Positions 30,850 to 39,830 of a stretch of DNA of 63,950 bases are shown here, in pieces (the first letter of the stretch is position 1; every line of letters begins with the position of its first letter). The position numbers were made by a program, and so were the translations under genes. The notes beneath the pieces are model-generated. The model did not search any database and was not told the DNA's origin. It worked only from the letters and a program-made list of their open reading frames with translations. The stretch is from Candidatus Rokuibacteriota bacterium (lineage in GTDB: Bacteria > Methylomirabilota > Methylomirabilia > Rokubacteriales > CSP1-6), in contig JBBDXN010000158.1 in NCBI GenBank assembly GCA_040902305.1, forward strand, positions 1 to 63,950. Reading direction: 5' to 3'.

Positions 30850-33743
30850 GGCCTCTGTCCATGAGAACGTCCTACCGCTCCGTGTCCAGCGCCCGGCGGC
30901 TTTCGTCATGGCTGATGGCCGTGCTGGGCCTGGCCGCGTATGTCGGCCTGATCTACGCTTTGACCCACGTGCCGCTGCAGTTCGAGGTTCCGCTGCCGAG
31001 CTGGGGCACCGCGATCGTTCCGCCGGTCGCATACGGTCTGCTGGTATTGCTGTGGGTCCGCCGCCCATCCGTCCTGCGCTGGCTCGTTGGCACTGCCGTC
31101 CTGACCGGGCTTCACCTCCTGCTGGGCATGTCGCGGGAACCTCTCACCGCGCTCCTCGATCCGGCCCTCGCGGGACGTCCGCTGCCCTGGGTCCTGCCGC
31201 CGCCCCTCCCCGAGATGATCGGACTGATGCTGTTGCTGGTGCCGCTCCGGGACGTCCTCCGCGCGCGGGTTCGCCTCGCGCGTGAGCGGGGGAGCGGGGC
31301 GGGGCGGCCGTCGCCGAGCCCGCGCTCCCGGGTCGCTGCCGCGCCGCGCCTGCAGCCCGCGGCACCGGCCGAGGTCAGTGGCTCCCTGAGCGAGGCCCTG
31401 CTCCCGCGGAGCGAGCCGCTGGTCGAGCCAGTGGTGACCGCGGCTCCGGTGGCGCCGCCGCCTGCGACGTCGCCCGTTGCGCCGGCCCCGGCCGAGGAGC
31501 CGCGGAGACGGAGAACCGCCGCCCGCGCCGAGCGCCGGCGCGAGGCCGAGTCGGTCCGTCCCAGCCGTCGCTCGGACGTGACGTTGCGGATCGCGCTCGA
31601 CCGGATCATGGGACAGCTGCCTCCGGGTACCTTCCTCGCGCCGGAGGACGAGGTGGCGGCGAGCTTGAGCGAGCCGGGCTACCTGCGAGTCTCGGGCGAG
31701 CTCGTGGTGACCCAGCTCTCGGAAGGGGTGGCCCGGGTCGCGTGGAGCGACATCGCCGATCAGTTCCCGCCCCACCTCGTCGGGCTGAGCACGAGCGAGA
31801 TCACCGAGCATCTGGGCGATGGCCTGACGCTCCCGCTCGACGAGGTGATCGGTCAGCTTCCGCACGAGCTGTTCGTCGCGGATACGCCGGAGATCGACAT
31901 GGCCGGGATCAACCGGATCCCGGTGCCGTTCCAGCCTCTCGAGGAGTCCGGCCCCGCGCCGAGCCTGCTGCGTGAGGCTGCGCCCGCGCTCCCGGGGAGT
32001 CCAGAGATCAAGCCGGCGGCCGAGATCAGACCCGAGCCTGCCGCGCAAGCGCCGCGCCCGGTCGCTCCGCCCGCCGTCGCTGCGCCGGCGGCCGTGGAGA
32101 CGCCGCCCCCGGCGCCTCTGGCTCGGCGGCCGGAGCCACCGATGGACATGACGCCGGCCTCGTCCGACATCGGTGAGCCGACGGTCCGGATCTCCTTCGG
32201 CCGGGTGGCCTCGGAGCTTCCCGCGGAAGGCTTCAGCGTCCCGCTGGAGCAGGTGGCGGAGCGGATGCGGCATCCCGGGTTGTTGCTGATTCCCCAGTCC
32301 GTGGTCACCCCTCAGCTCGCGGAAGGATTGATCCGGGTGAGCTGGGACGTGGTCGCGCTGCAATTCCCGCGCGACGCGGTGAGCGTGTCGGATGCCGAGA
32401 TGACGGAGCGCCTCCCCAATGGGATCCGTCTTCCCCTCGACGAGGTCATCCGGCAGGTTCCGTCGGACTTGTTCACGGCCGCCGGTCCGGCCGCCGATGT
32501 CCGCGGGCTCGAGAATTTCCCGGCACCCTTCCAGCCCCTGCTGTCGGATCCGGCGCCCGAGCCCGCGCCGGCGGTGGCATCGGTCTCGGAGCCCGTCGAG
32601 CCCAGCCCGGTGGCCGCCGAGCCGCCGCCGGCGCCCAGTCCCGAGGACCCGGACGAGACCATGCTCACGCTGGTCGAGCCGGAGCCCGCCCTCGCCGAGC
32701 CCGCGGAGGCCGAGGCCAGCGCTGAGCCGGAGCGGGCCGAGGCGACCCCGGTCGTCGAGCTGGTCGAGCCCGACGCGTCCCGGGTGGTCGAGGCGGCCGT
32801 CGTCGTCGATGAGCCGGAGTCGGTCATGGTCGCGCCCGCCGCGATACCCGTCCCGCCCTACGAGCCGCCGCCCGCGCCGGCGTCGCCTTGGACCGAGCCG
32901 GTGCCCGCCGGGGCCACCCCGGTCTGGTCCTCGCCACCGCCCGCGCCGATCGTGGCTCCCCCCGTGCCCGGCCCCGCCGAGACGGCCGAGGCCCGGCGCA
33001 TCGTGGCCCTGCTGGCGCCGATCGCGTCGTTCGACGTGAGCGTGCAGGCGGTGGAAGGCGTCACCATCTTCGCGATGGCTTCGCCGTCGAGGGCGCAGGA
33101 GACGGCGGTCGCAGCGGCGGGTCTTGCGCTGCCCTTGCTGATGGACCGCCGCCTGCAGTGGCCGGTCGAACAGATCACCCTCCGCGGGCCCGAGACGGCG
33201 CTGGTGTTGACGCCGCTGGGTGGCCCGCCTGATCGCGGGCCCGTCCTGGCCACGGCGGTGCCGCGCGGCGGCGGGCTCGCGCTGCTCGAGATCCTCTGCC
33301 GGCGTGCCGCGGTCGCTCGGCGGTCCGGGTCCGCGCCGGCCGACACCTTGCCGGCCCGGGGGCACGGCCTCGCCCCGGCTCCGGTCTCGAGCCGGGCGGC
33401 GGGGCTGACGTCGGGTCTGACCGCCTTCGGCGATGTCGCCGCGTCCGTCTTGCGGGACGCGGAAAGCGAAGCGGTTCTCTATTTCTTCCTGCCGGCGGGA
33501 GGCGATGTGCCCGCGGTGGGAGCGTTCGCGCAGGACCTCCAGGCCGTCATGCGAAAGGCGGCGGGATCCGGCGCCGTGTTCCGGACCGCGATCGTGCGCT
33601 CCGGCGACGCGCTACTTGTCATCCAGCCCGAGGAGATCGGGCATGGGCGGTCGATCGTCATCGTCGCGGGCGGGTCGGTAACCCGGCCCGGCCTGGCCTA
33701 CCGCCAGGTCGAGCGCGCGGCGGCGACGCTGATGTCGGCCTGA
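30846..33743 (+). CDS. Large membrane-anchored protein with a duplicated 121-aa domain, Pro/Glu-rich linkers and two C-terminal roadblock-like domains
   Basis: About four N-terminal hydrophobic helices; internal repeats 31578-31940 and 32178-32540; in operon between the REC-roadblock gene and mglA; exact start uncertain. Confidence 0.7.
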   Translation: MRPLSMRTSYRSVSSARRLSSWLMAVLGLAAYVGLIYALTHVPLQFEVPLPSWGTAIVPPVAYGLLVLLWVRRPSVLRWLVGTAVLTGLHLLLGMSREPLTALLDPALAGRPLPWVLPPPLPEMIGLMLLLVPLRDVLRARVRLARERGSGAGRPSPSPRSRVAAAPRLQPAAPAEVSGSLSEALLPRSEPLVEPVVTAAPVAPPPATSPVAPAPAEEPRRRRTAARAERRREAESVRPSRRSDVTLRIALDRIMGQLPPGTFLAPEDEVAASLSEPGYLRVSGELVVTQLSEGVARVAWSDIADQFPPHLVGLSTSEITEHLGDGLTLPLDEVIGQLPHELFVADTPEIDMAGINRIPVPFQPLEESGPAPSLLREAAPALPGSPEIKPAAEIRPEPAAQAPRPVAPPAVAAPAAVETPPPAPLARRPEPPMDMTPASSDIGEPTVRISFGRVASELPAEGFSVPLEQVAERMRHPGLLLIPQSVVTPQLAEGLIRVSWDVVALQFPRDAVSVSDAEMTERLPNGIRLPLDEVIRQVPSDLFTAAGPAADVRGLENFPAPFQPLLSDPAPEPAPAVASVSEPVEPSPVAAEPPPAPSPEDPDETMLTLVEPEPALAEPAEAEASAEPERAEATPVVELVEPDASRVVEAAVVVDEPESVMVAPAAIPVPPYEPPPAPASPWTEPVPAGATPVWSSPPPAPIVAPPVPGPAETAEARRIVALLAPIASFDVSVQAVEGVTIFAMASPSRAQETAVAAAGLALPLLMDRRLQWPVEQITLRGPETALVLTPLGGPPDRGPVLATAVPRGGGLALLEILCRRAAVARRSGSAPADTLPARGHGLAPAPVSSRAAGLTSGLTAFGDVAASVLRDAESEAVLYFFLPAGGDVPAVGAFAQDLQAVMRKAAGSGAVFRTAIVRSGDALLVIQPEEIGHGRSIVIVAGGSVTRPGLAYRQVERAAATLMSA

Positions 33744-33752
33744 GGCGATTCG

Positions 33753-34370
33753 ATGTCGATCATCAACTATGCGCACAAAGAGATCAGCTTCAAGATCGTC
33801 TACTACGGCACCGGTGTCGCCGGAAAGACGGCCAACCTGCAGTACATCTACCGCGGTCTGCCGGACGTGAACCGCGGCAACATGGTGTCGCTCGCGACCG
33901 GCGACGACCGGACGCTCTTCTTCGACTTTCTACCCGTCTCGGCGGTAACGGTGCGGAACTTCGTGGCGAAGTTCCAACTCTACACGGTGCCCGGTCAGGT
34001 CTACTACAACATGACGCGCAAGCTCGTTCTCCGCGGCGTGGACGGGGTCGTCTTCGTCGCGGACTCCCAGTGGGATCGGCTCCGCGAGAACGTCGAGAGT
34101 TTCAGAAACCTGGAAGAGAATATGAAAGAGTACGGGTACAATCTCGATGAGATCCCGTACGTGATTCAGTACAACAAGCGTGATCTGCCCAACGTGGCTC
34201 CGGTCGAATACCTGGAGTACATGCTCAACCGGAAGAGCCGGCGGGTTCCGTACTTCGAATCGGTCGCCGTCGAGGGCAAGGGGGTGTTCGATACGCTGAA
34301 CACCGTATCCCGCATGGTCCTCGTCGCTGGGTTCGGACAAGAACAGGGGGCGCTCAATGAGTCAAAATGA
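33753..34370 (+). CDS. mglA: MglA-family small Ras-like GTPase
   Basis: KIVYYG.G..GKT, DRTLFFDF, YTVPGQ, VFVADSQ, QYNKRDLP. Confidence 0.93.
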   Translation: MSIINYAHKEISFKIVYYGTGVAGKTANLQYIYRGLPDVNRGNMVSLATGDDRTLFFDFLPVSAVTVRNFVAKFQLYTVPGQVYYNMTRKLVLRGVDGVVFVADSQWDRLRENVESFRNLEENMKEYGYNLDEIPYVIQYNKRDLPNVAPVEYLEYMLNRKSRRVPYFESVAVEGKGVFDTLNTVSRMVLVAGFGQEQGALNESK

Positions 34371-34845
34371 CAACCTGGCCATCCACGAGGAGGACGCGGA
34401 GCGGATCAACGGCGTTCTCCTGCACTTTCTGGGCGAGTCGGGGGCGATGGAAGCGCTCCTGATCGACCGGAGCGGACAGCTCCTGGCCCGAGGCGGCGCC
34501 TCGCGATCGCTGGACACCGTCTCGCTGTCCGCGCTCGCCGCCGGCGCATTCAGCTCGACGGCGGCGATGGCCCGCCTACTCGGCGAGACCGAGTTCACGA
34601 TGCTGTTCCACCAGGGCGTGAAGGAGAGTATCCACGTGGCGGCGGTGGATGAGCACGCGATCCTGCTCGCCATCTTCGACAGCCGGACCACCGTGGGCAT
34701 GGTCCGCCTCTTCGCCAAGGAGGCGGGCACCGCGGTCGGGGCCATCCTGGCCGAGACCCGCACGCGGCCGCAGCGCACGGGAGTGCTGTCGACGCCGCTT
34801 CACAAGGACGAGGTGCAGTCCTCTTTCCGGGAGCGTCCGGTCTGA
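34357..34845 (+). CDS. mglB: MglB-family roadblock protein (GAP of MglA)
   Basis: LLIDRSGQ, LDTVSLSALAAGAF, LLGE.EF.MLFHQG, GMVRL; overlaps mglA. Confidence 0.9.
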   Translation: MSQNDNLAIHEEDAERINGVLLHFLGESGAMEALLIDRSGQLLARGGASRSLDTVSLSALAAGAFSSTAAMARLLGETEFTMLFHQGVKESIHVAAVDEHAILLAIFDSRTTVGMVRLFAKEAGTAVGAILAETRTRPQRTGVLSTPLHKDEVQSSFRERPV

Positions 34846-34865
34846 GCTGACGGACACCGACTACC

Positions 34866-36935
34866 ATGGCGAAAATCGAGAACAGGGCCTCGCTGTCTTC
34901 GGAAGAGAAACGGTCCCTGGCCGAGTCGGCCCGTCTCTGCGAGATGATCGTGGAGGCCAACCCCTCGGATACCGGGGCGCTCGAAACCCTGAAGGAGATC
35001 TACACGAAGCTCGGTGATCGGGACGGCCTGGCCCGGGTCGTCGCGCGCCTGGCCGGCACCGTGGGGGGGCGGCCCTCGGCCAGCGTGCCTCCGGCGGCCG
35101 AGTTCACCGCGGATCCGGCGCCCGCGCCGGATGAGGTGGAAGCGCTCCCGGCCCCGATCGACTTCGGCTTCGCCCAGGGTCCGGGCAAGCGCGGCGCCGC
35201 CTTGCCGACCGAGCGGCGTCAGGGCAGCTTGTCGCGCCTCGGGGACCGCCTCGTGGCCGAGAGGCTGATCAGCACCGAGCAGCTCCAGCGGGCACTGGCC
35301 GAGCAGAAGGGCAGCGCGGACAAGCTGGGGACGATCCTGGTGCGGCTGCAGTTCATCACCGAGGACAGCCTCGTCTCGTTCCTGTCCAAGCAGTACGCGA
35401 TTCCCGCCATCACGGTGGCGCAGGTGGACCCGGATCCGGACGTGCTGAAGCTGGTGCCGGAACAGATCGCCAAGAAGCACAGCGTGCTGCCCATCAAGCG
35501 CATGGGGAACACCCTCACCCTGGCGATGGCGGATCCGACCAACGTTTTCGCGCTCGACGACGTCGGGTTCATGACCGGCCTGCAGATCCAGCCGGTGGTC
35601 GCCTCGGAGGCGGCCATCCGCAAGGCCTTCGAGCGGCTCTACGAGACCGGCGCCAGCGTCACCGACATGATGAGCGAGCTGGAGGAGGCCGACACCGACG
35701 TCGAGGTGGTGGAGGACGGGGAGGCGGCCTTCAGCAAGGCCGACGTCTTCGACCTCAAGGAGTCGGCGGACGAAGCCCCGGTGGTGCGGCTCATCAACAT
35801 GATCCTGACCGACGCGATCCGGCGCGGCGCCTCCGACATCCACCTGGAGCCCTACGAGAAGGTCTTCCGGGTCCGCTTCCGCATCGACGGCGTGCTGCAC
35901 GAGATCATGACGCCGCCCAAGCGCCTCGAGGCCGCGCTGACCTCGCGGGTCAAGATCATGGCCACCATGGACATCGCGGAGCGGCGTCTTCCCCAGGACG
36001 GCCGTATCAAGCTGCGCTATCACCAGCGCGAGATCGACTTCCGGGTCTCGACGCTCCCGACGATCTTCGGCGAGAAGACCGTCATGCGTATCCTCGACAA
36101 GGAGGCGCTGCAGCTCGACCTGGGCGCGCTCGGGTTCGACCCGTGGAGCCTCGAGCAGTTCACCAAGGCGATCAACAGCCCCTACGGCATGATCCTGATC
36201 ACGGGGCCGACCGGCTCCGGCAAGACCACCACGCTGTATTCGGCGATCCACACCATCAACTCGCCGGACATCAACATCATGACCGCCGAGGATCCGGTCG
36301 AGTACAACCTGAAGGGCGTCAACCAGGTGCAGATCAACGACGAGATCGGGCGGACCTTCGCGGCCTGTCTCCGCAGCTTCCTGCGCCAGGACCCCGACGT
36401 GATCCTCGTCGGTGAGACCCGCGATCTGGAGACGGCCCAGATCGGCATTCGCGCCGCCCTCACCGGCCACCTTGTGCTCTCGACGCTGCACACCAACGAC
36501 TGCCCGTCGACGCCCGCGCGGCTCCTGGACATGGGCATCCCGCCCTTCCTCGTGTCCTCATCGCTCCAGCTCATCCTGGCCCAGCGCCTCGGCCGGCGCG
36601 TCTGCAAGGATTGCAAGGAGCCGTACGAGGCGACCGAGGAGAGCCTGGTGCCCTACGGGCACGTGCCGCTGGGGCTCGGCACCGTGAACTTCTACAAGGG
36701 CAAGGGCTGCCAGACCTGCAATTTCACGGGCATGAAGGGCCGGGTGGCCATCTACGAGGTCATGCCGATCACCACCGAAGTTCGCGACCTGATCTTGCGC
36801 AACGCGACGTCCAACGAGATCCGTGACGCCGCCTGCTCGCAGGGCATGAAGACGCTGCGGCAGAACGCCCTGCAGAAGGTACTCGACGGCGTGACGACGG
36901 TGGAGGAAGTGCTGCGGGTGACCCTGGGGACCTAA
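34866..36935 (+). CDS. pilB: Type IV pilus assembly ATPase PilB/GspE with TPR-like and MshEN N-terminal modules
   Basis: ASDIHLEP, RLPQDGR, Walker A GPTGSGKTT, LRQDPDVI, TGHLVLSTLH, CKDC..CQTC. Confidence 0.92.
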   Translation: MAKIENRASLSSEEKRSLAESARLCEMIVEANPSDTGALETLKEIYTKLGDRDGLARVVARLAGTVGGRPSASVPPAAEFTADPAPAPDEVEALPAPIDFGFAQGPGKRGAALPTERRQGSLSRLGDRLVAERLISTEQLQRALAEQKGSADKLGTILVRLQFITEDSLVSFLSKQYAIPAITVAQVDPDPDVLKLVPEQIAKKHSVLPIKRMGNTLTLAMADPTNVFALDDVGFMTGLQIQPVVASEAAIRKAFERLYETGASVTDMMSELEEADTDVEVVEDGEAAFSKADVFDLKESADEAPVVRLINMILTDAIRRGASDIHLEPYEKVFRVRFRIDGVLHEIMTPPKRLEAALTSRVKIMATMDIAERRLPQDGRIKLRYHQREIDFRVSTLPTIFGEKTVMRILDKEALQLDLGALGFDPWSLEQFTKAINSPYGMILITGPTGSGKTTTLYSAIHTINSPDINIMTAEDPVEYNLKGVNQVQINDEIGRTFAACLRSFLRQDPDVILVGETRDLETAQIGIRAALTGHLVLSTLHTNDCPSTPARLLDMGIPPFLVSSSLQLILAQRLGRRVCKDCKEPYEATEESLVPYGHVPLGLGTVNFYKGKGCQTCNFTGMKGRVAIYEVMPITTEVRDLILRNATSNEIRDAACSQGMKTLRQNALQKVLDGVTTVEEVLRVTLGT

Positions 36936-36946
36936 TTAGCTCCGGA

Positions 36947-37378
36947 TCAGGGGGTCCGCCACGAGCCGCGCAGGCGATCCACCGCGCGGCCGAGCGCGGT
37001 GCGGACCCCCTCGTTGTTGACGTTGCGGTCCGCGACCAGGGTCACGTAGCCGACCGGACTGCCTCCCACGAAGACGGTTCCGTCGTCCGCCGAGAACAGG
37101 GCCGTCCGGAAGGCGCCCCGCTCCAGGCGGCTGGACCCCAGCTCCAGCTCTCTCCCCAGGGTGGCCGCGAGCGCGGCCAGCGCTTCGACCGGGAAGCGGG
37201 GCGGCAGCTCCGACGTGATCACGAGACCGTCCGGCGTCACGATGAGGCCGCCGCGGACGCCGTCGAGACGGATCAACTCGAAGAGCGTCTCGCGGAACGC
37301 CTGCGCGCGCGACGATGGACGCGGCACGGAGGAGCCGCCGGGCGGCGTCGAGTCGACGGGCGGCTGCGGGTCGGCCAT
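36947..37378 (-). CDS. Stand-alone roadblock/LC7 domain protein (MglB/MglC-like)
   Basis: GVRGGLIVTPDGLVI..EALAALAA..G pattern. Confidence 0.8.
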   Translation of the reverse strand: MADPQPPVDSTPPGGSSVPRPSSRAQAFRETLFELIRLDGVRGGLIVTPDGLVITSELPPRFPVEALAALAATLGRELELGSSRLERGAFRTALFSADDGTVFVGGSPVGYVTLVADRNVNNEGVRTALGRAVDRLRGSWRTP

Positions 37379-37382
37379 GGGA

Positions 37383-38168
37383 TCAGACCTTGATGTTCAG
37401 ATCGGTCCACAGCCGGCCCACCTGGACCAGCCCGGCCCCGACCTCGACCTCGCGGGCGAGCGTGACCCCCAGGATCACGCCGCCGTCGCTGCGCAGGAAG
37501 GTCGTCTCCGACGCGCCCTCGACCACGCCCCGCCGGAGCGCTCCGAGGCCGGCCCGAGCGAGCGTGGCGGAGGCGATGCGGTAGACCTGGGTCATGTGCA
37601 GGGCGAGCTGCTTCTGACGCTCTTCACCACCCTGCGCGAACACGAGCGTGCCGTCGGTGTGCGTGAGCACCAGGTCGCGCGCGCCGGGTGGCAGCCGCAG
37701 GCGCTCGGCGGAGATGGTGCCGATGGCGGTCGAGACCGACGCCGCGGCGGGTGCCGTCCAGGTGGCCACCATTTCCTGCAGCGCCTTCGCTTCGGGGAAA
37801 TCCGGGAAGTACTGGATCGCCCGATCGAGGAACGGCCGGCAGCCCTCGATATCGCCCTCCTCGAGCGCGATGCGCGCCAGGCCGAACAGGGCCCGCGGAT
37901 GGTACGGATCGAGCGCGAGCACTCTCCGGAACGACGCCCTGGCCGCCGGCATCTCGCGGAACACCACGTGCAGGTAGGCGTCCAGGAGATGTCCGACCGC
38001 GATGTTGGGCGAGATCCGCAACCCCTCGGTGATCAGCTCGGCGGCGTCTTCGTAGCGACCTTCGTGGCGGTACTGATCGGCGAGGCGAAAGAGGGACGCG
38101 GCGGAGCGCGGCCGCACGAGCCCGGTGATGCCGCTCCAGGTGCGCTCGAGGAACGTCGCTAGGCCCAC
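37383..38168 (-). CDS. TPR protein with a C-terminal degenerate roadblock domain
   Basis: About three TPRs (FRRVLALDPYHPRALFGLA), then LVLTHTDGTLV..AGLGALRRGVVEG; GGAGG ribosome-binding site before GTG 38168. Confidence 0.7.
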   Translation of the reverse strand: MGLATFLERTWSGITGLVRPRSAASLFRLADQYRHEGRYEDAAELITEGLRISPNIAVGHLLDAYLHVVFREMPAARASFRRVLALDPYHPRALFGLARIALEEGDIEGCRPFLDRAIQYFPDFPEAKALQEMVATWTAPAAASVSTAIGTISAERLRLPPGARDLVLTHTDGTLVFAQGGEERQKQLALHMTQVYRIASATLARAGLGALRRGVVEGASETTFLRSDGGVILGVTLAREVEVGAGLVQVGRLWTDLNIKV

Positions 38169-38314
38169 GCGTCGACCTCCCTCGTCAAGAGGCTGCCCAG
38201 CCAGACGATCATCACTGCGGTCATCATAGCACGCAGGCCCGGAGGGGGTTCCAAAAGGCAGGCATTGGCGAGTGCGGTGCCACCGATGCGCTACACTGCT
38301 CGCGCGGTCCCACG

Positions 38315-39772
38315 ATGCGCACACGTGTAGAGGCGACGACGCTCGCGGCGATGGTGCCGCCCGGCCTGCTGATCCTGGCGCTCTTGGGCGGCGCCGCCGT
38401 CTTCGTGGGCGACGGCGCCCGTGCTATCGCATTCCCGTATCCGATGGACTACGGGGAGGGGCCGCTGCTGGCCCAGACGCGGGCCCTGGGACAGGGACAG
38501 AACATCTACCGGCCCGATCTGACGTCGCCACCCTACACGGTCAGCAACTACCCGCCGCTCTACCCTCTCCTCCTGAGCCCGCTGGCCCGGCTGGCCGGTC
38601 CCGCCTTCTGGTACGGCCGACTTCTCTCCTGGCTCAGCATCGTGGCGGCGTCCATCCTGATCGGCCTGATCTTGCACGCTCTCACGCGGGATCGCCTGGC
38701 CGCGGTGATCGGCGGCCTGTTCCTCCTCGCGTTTCCTCCGGCGTCCTACTGGTCGGCGCTGTATCGGGTGGACGCGCTGGCCCTCGCCCTGAGCCTGGCC
38801 GGCCTCTGCCTCTGCGTCCGTCGGCCCGACGGACGGTGGACGGTGCCGGTGGCGGCGCTCTTGCTGACCGCGGCGATCTTCACGCGCCAGTCCTACGGGC
38901 TGGCCGCGCCGATCGCGGCCGGCGTCTGGCTGCTCACCACCGGGCGCGGGCGGCGCGCGGCGGGGGTGATCTGCCTCGTGGCGGCCCTGGGCTCGGCGCT
39001 CTTCGCCGGACTCGAGTGGTGGACGCGCGGCGGGTTCTCCTTCAATATCGTCACCGCCAACCTGAACGACTACCGGCCCGGCTCGCTCGCGTGGTACCTC
39101 GCGGACGTGTGGGTGCTGATGCCGATCGCCCTCGCGGCCGCCGGCCTGTTCCTGCTCTGCGCGGGCTGGCTCCGCGTGCCGTCCTGGCGGCTGGTCGCGC
39201 CCTACCTGATCGGCGCCGCCCTGTCGGGACTGACGATCGGCAAGGTGGGCTCGAACGTGAACTACCTGCTCGAGCTGGGCGCGGCGGTGGCCCTCTCGAT
39301 CGGCGCGCTGCTGGCCTGGCTCAGGCCGCGCCCGGCGATGGCCGCGGCGGCAGCCCTGCTGCTCGCTCTGGACGTGGCCCTGATGGTCCTGGCGTCGCCC
39401 TACCGTACCGTCACCCACTCCCGTCTGAGCCAGTACGAGAGCGCCCAGCGTCTGGAGCGCCTGGTGCGCGAGGCACGAGGGATCGTGCTCGCGGACGAGG
39501 ACATCGGGCTGCTGGTGCGGGCCGGGCGTCCCATCTATCTCCAGCCGTTCGAGATGACCCAGCTCGCCCGCGCGGGGCGATGGGACCAGCGGGCGCTTCT
39601 CGACGACATCGAGCGCCAGGCGTTCGCGGCGATCCTGATCTACGCGATCCCGGAGGTGCCGCTCCACCGGGAGCGCTGGACCGACGAGATGATCGAGGTG
39701 ATCGGCCGCCGCTATGGCGTCGAGGAGCGCGCGGGCCAGACCCTCGTGTACCGGCCGCGGCGCGGCGGCTGA
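38315..39772 (+). CDS. Multi-pass membrane glycosyltransferase (GT-C/ArnT-like)
   Basis: DYGEG and YPPLY loop motifs, RVD motif, more than 10 hydrophobic segments. Confidence 0.65.
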   Translation: MRTRVEATTLAAMVPPGLLILALLGGAAVFVGDGARAIAFPYPMDYGEGPLLAQTRALGQGQNIYRPDLTSPPYTVSNYPPLYPLLLSPLARLAGPAFWYGRLLSWLSIVAASILIGLILHALTRDRLAAVIGGLFLLAFPPASYWSALYRVDALALALSLAGLCLCVRRPDGRWTVPVAALLLTAAIFTRQSYGLAAPIAAGVWLLTTGRGRRAAGVICLVAALGSALFAGLEWWTRGGFSFNIVTANLNDYRPGSLAWYLADVWVLMPIALAAAGLFLLCAGWLRVPSWRLVAPYLIGAALSGLTIGKVGSNVNYLLELGAAVALSIGALLAWLRPRPAMAAAAALLLALDVALMVLASPYRTVTHSRLSQYESAQRLERLVREARGIVLADEDIGLLVRAGRPIYLQPFEMTQLARAGRWDQRALLDDIERQAFAAILIYAIPEVPLHRERWTDEMIEVIGRRYGVEERAGQTLVYRPRRGG

Positions 39773-39830
39773 GCCCGGCGAAGCGGCCGCCGGTCCGGAG
39801 GGGCCGGCGCCGTCAGCGTGAGGAGCTCCT

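Noticed and set aside
23683-31068. Very long antisense ORFs (for example 23683-26355 and 27901-31068 minus) and many similar shadow ORFs across the window
   Set aside because: They overlap well-supported genes on the opposite strand or in another frame, have Arg/Gly/Pro-rich nonsense composition, and are expected in GC-rich DNA where stop codons are scarce
39773-39830. GC-rich hairpins between the two convergent membrane glycosyltransferase genes
   Set aside because: No U-tract, and such stems arise easily at this GC content; not called as a terminator
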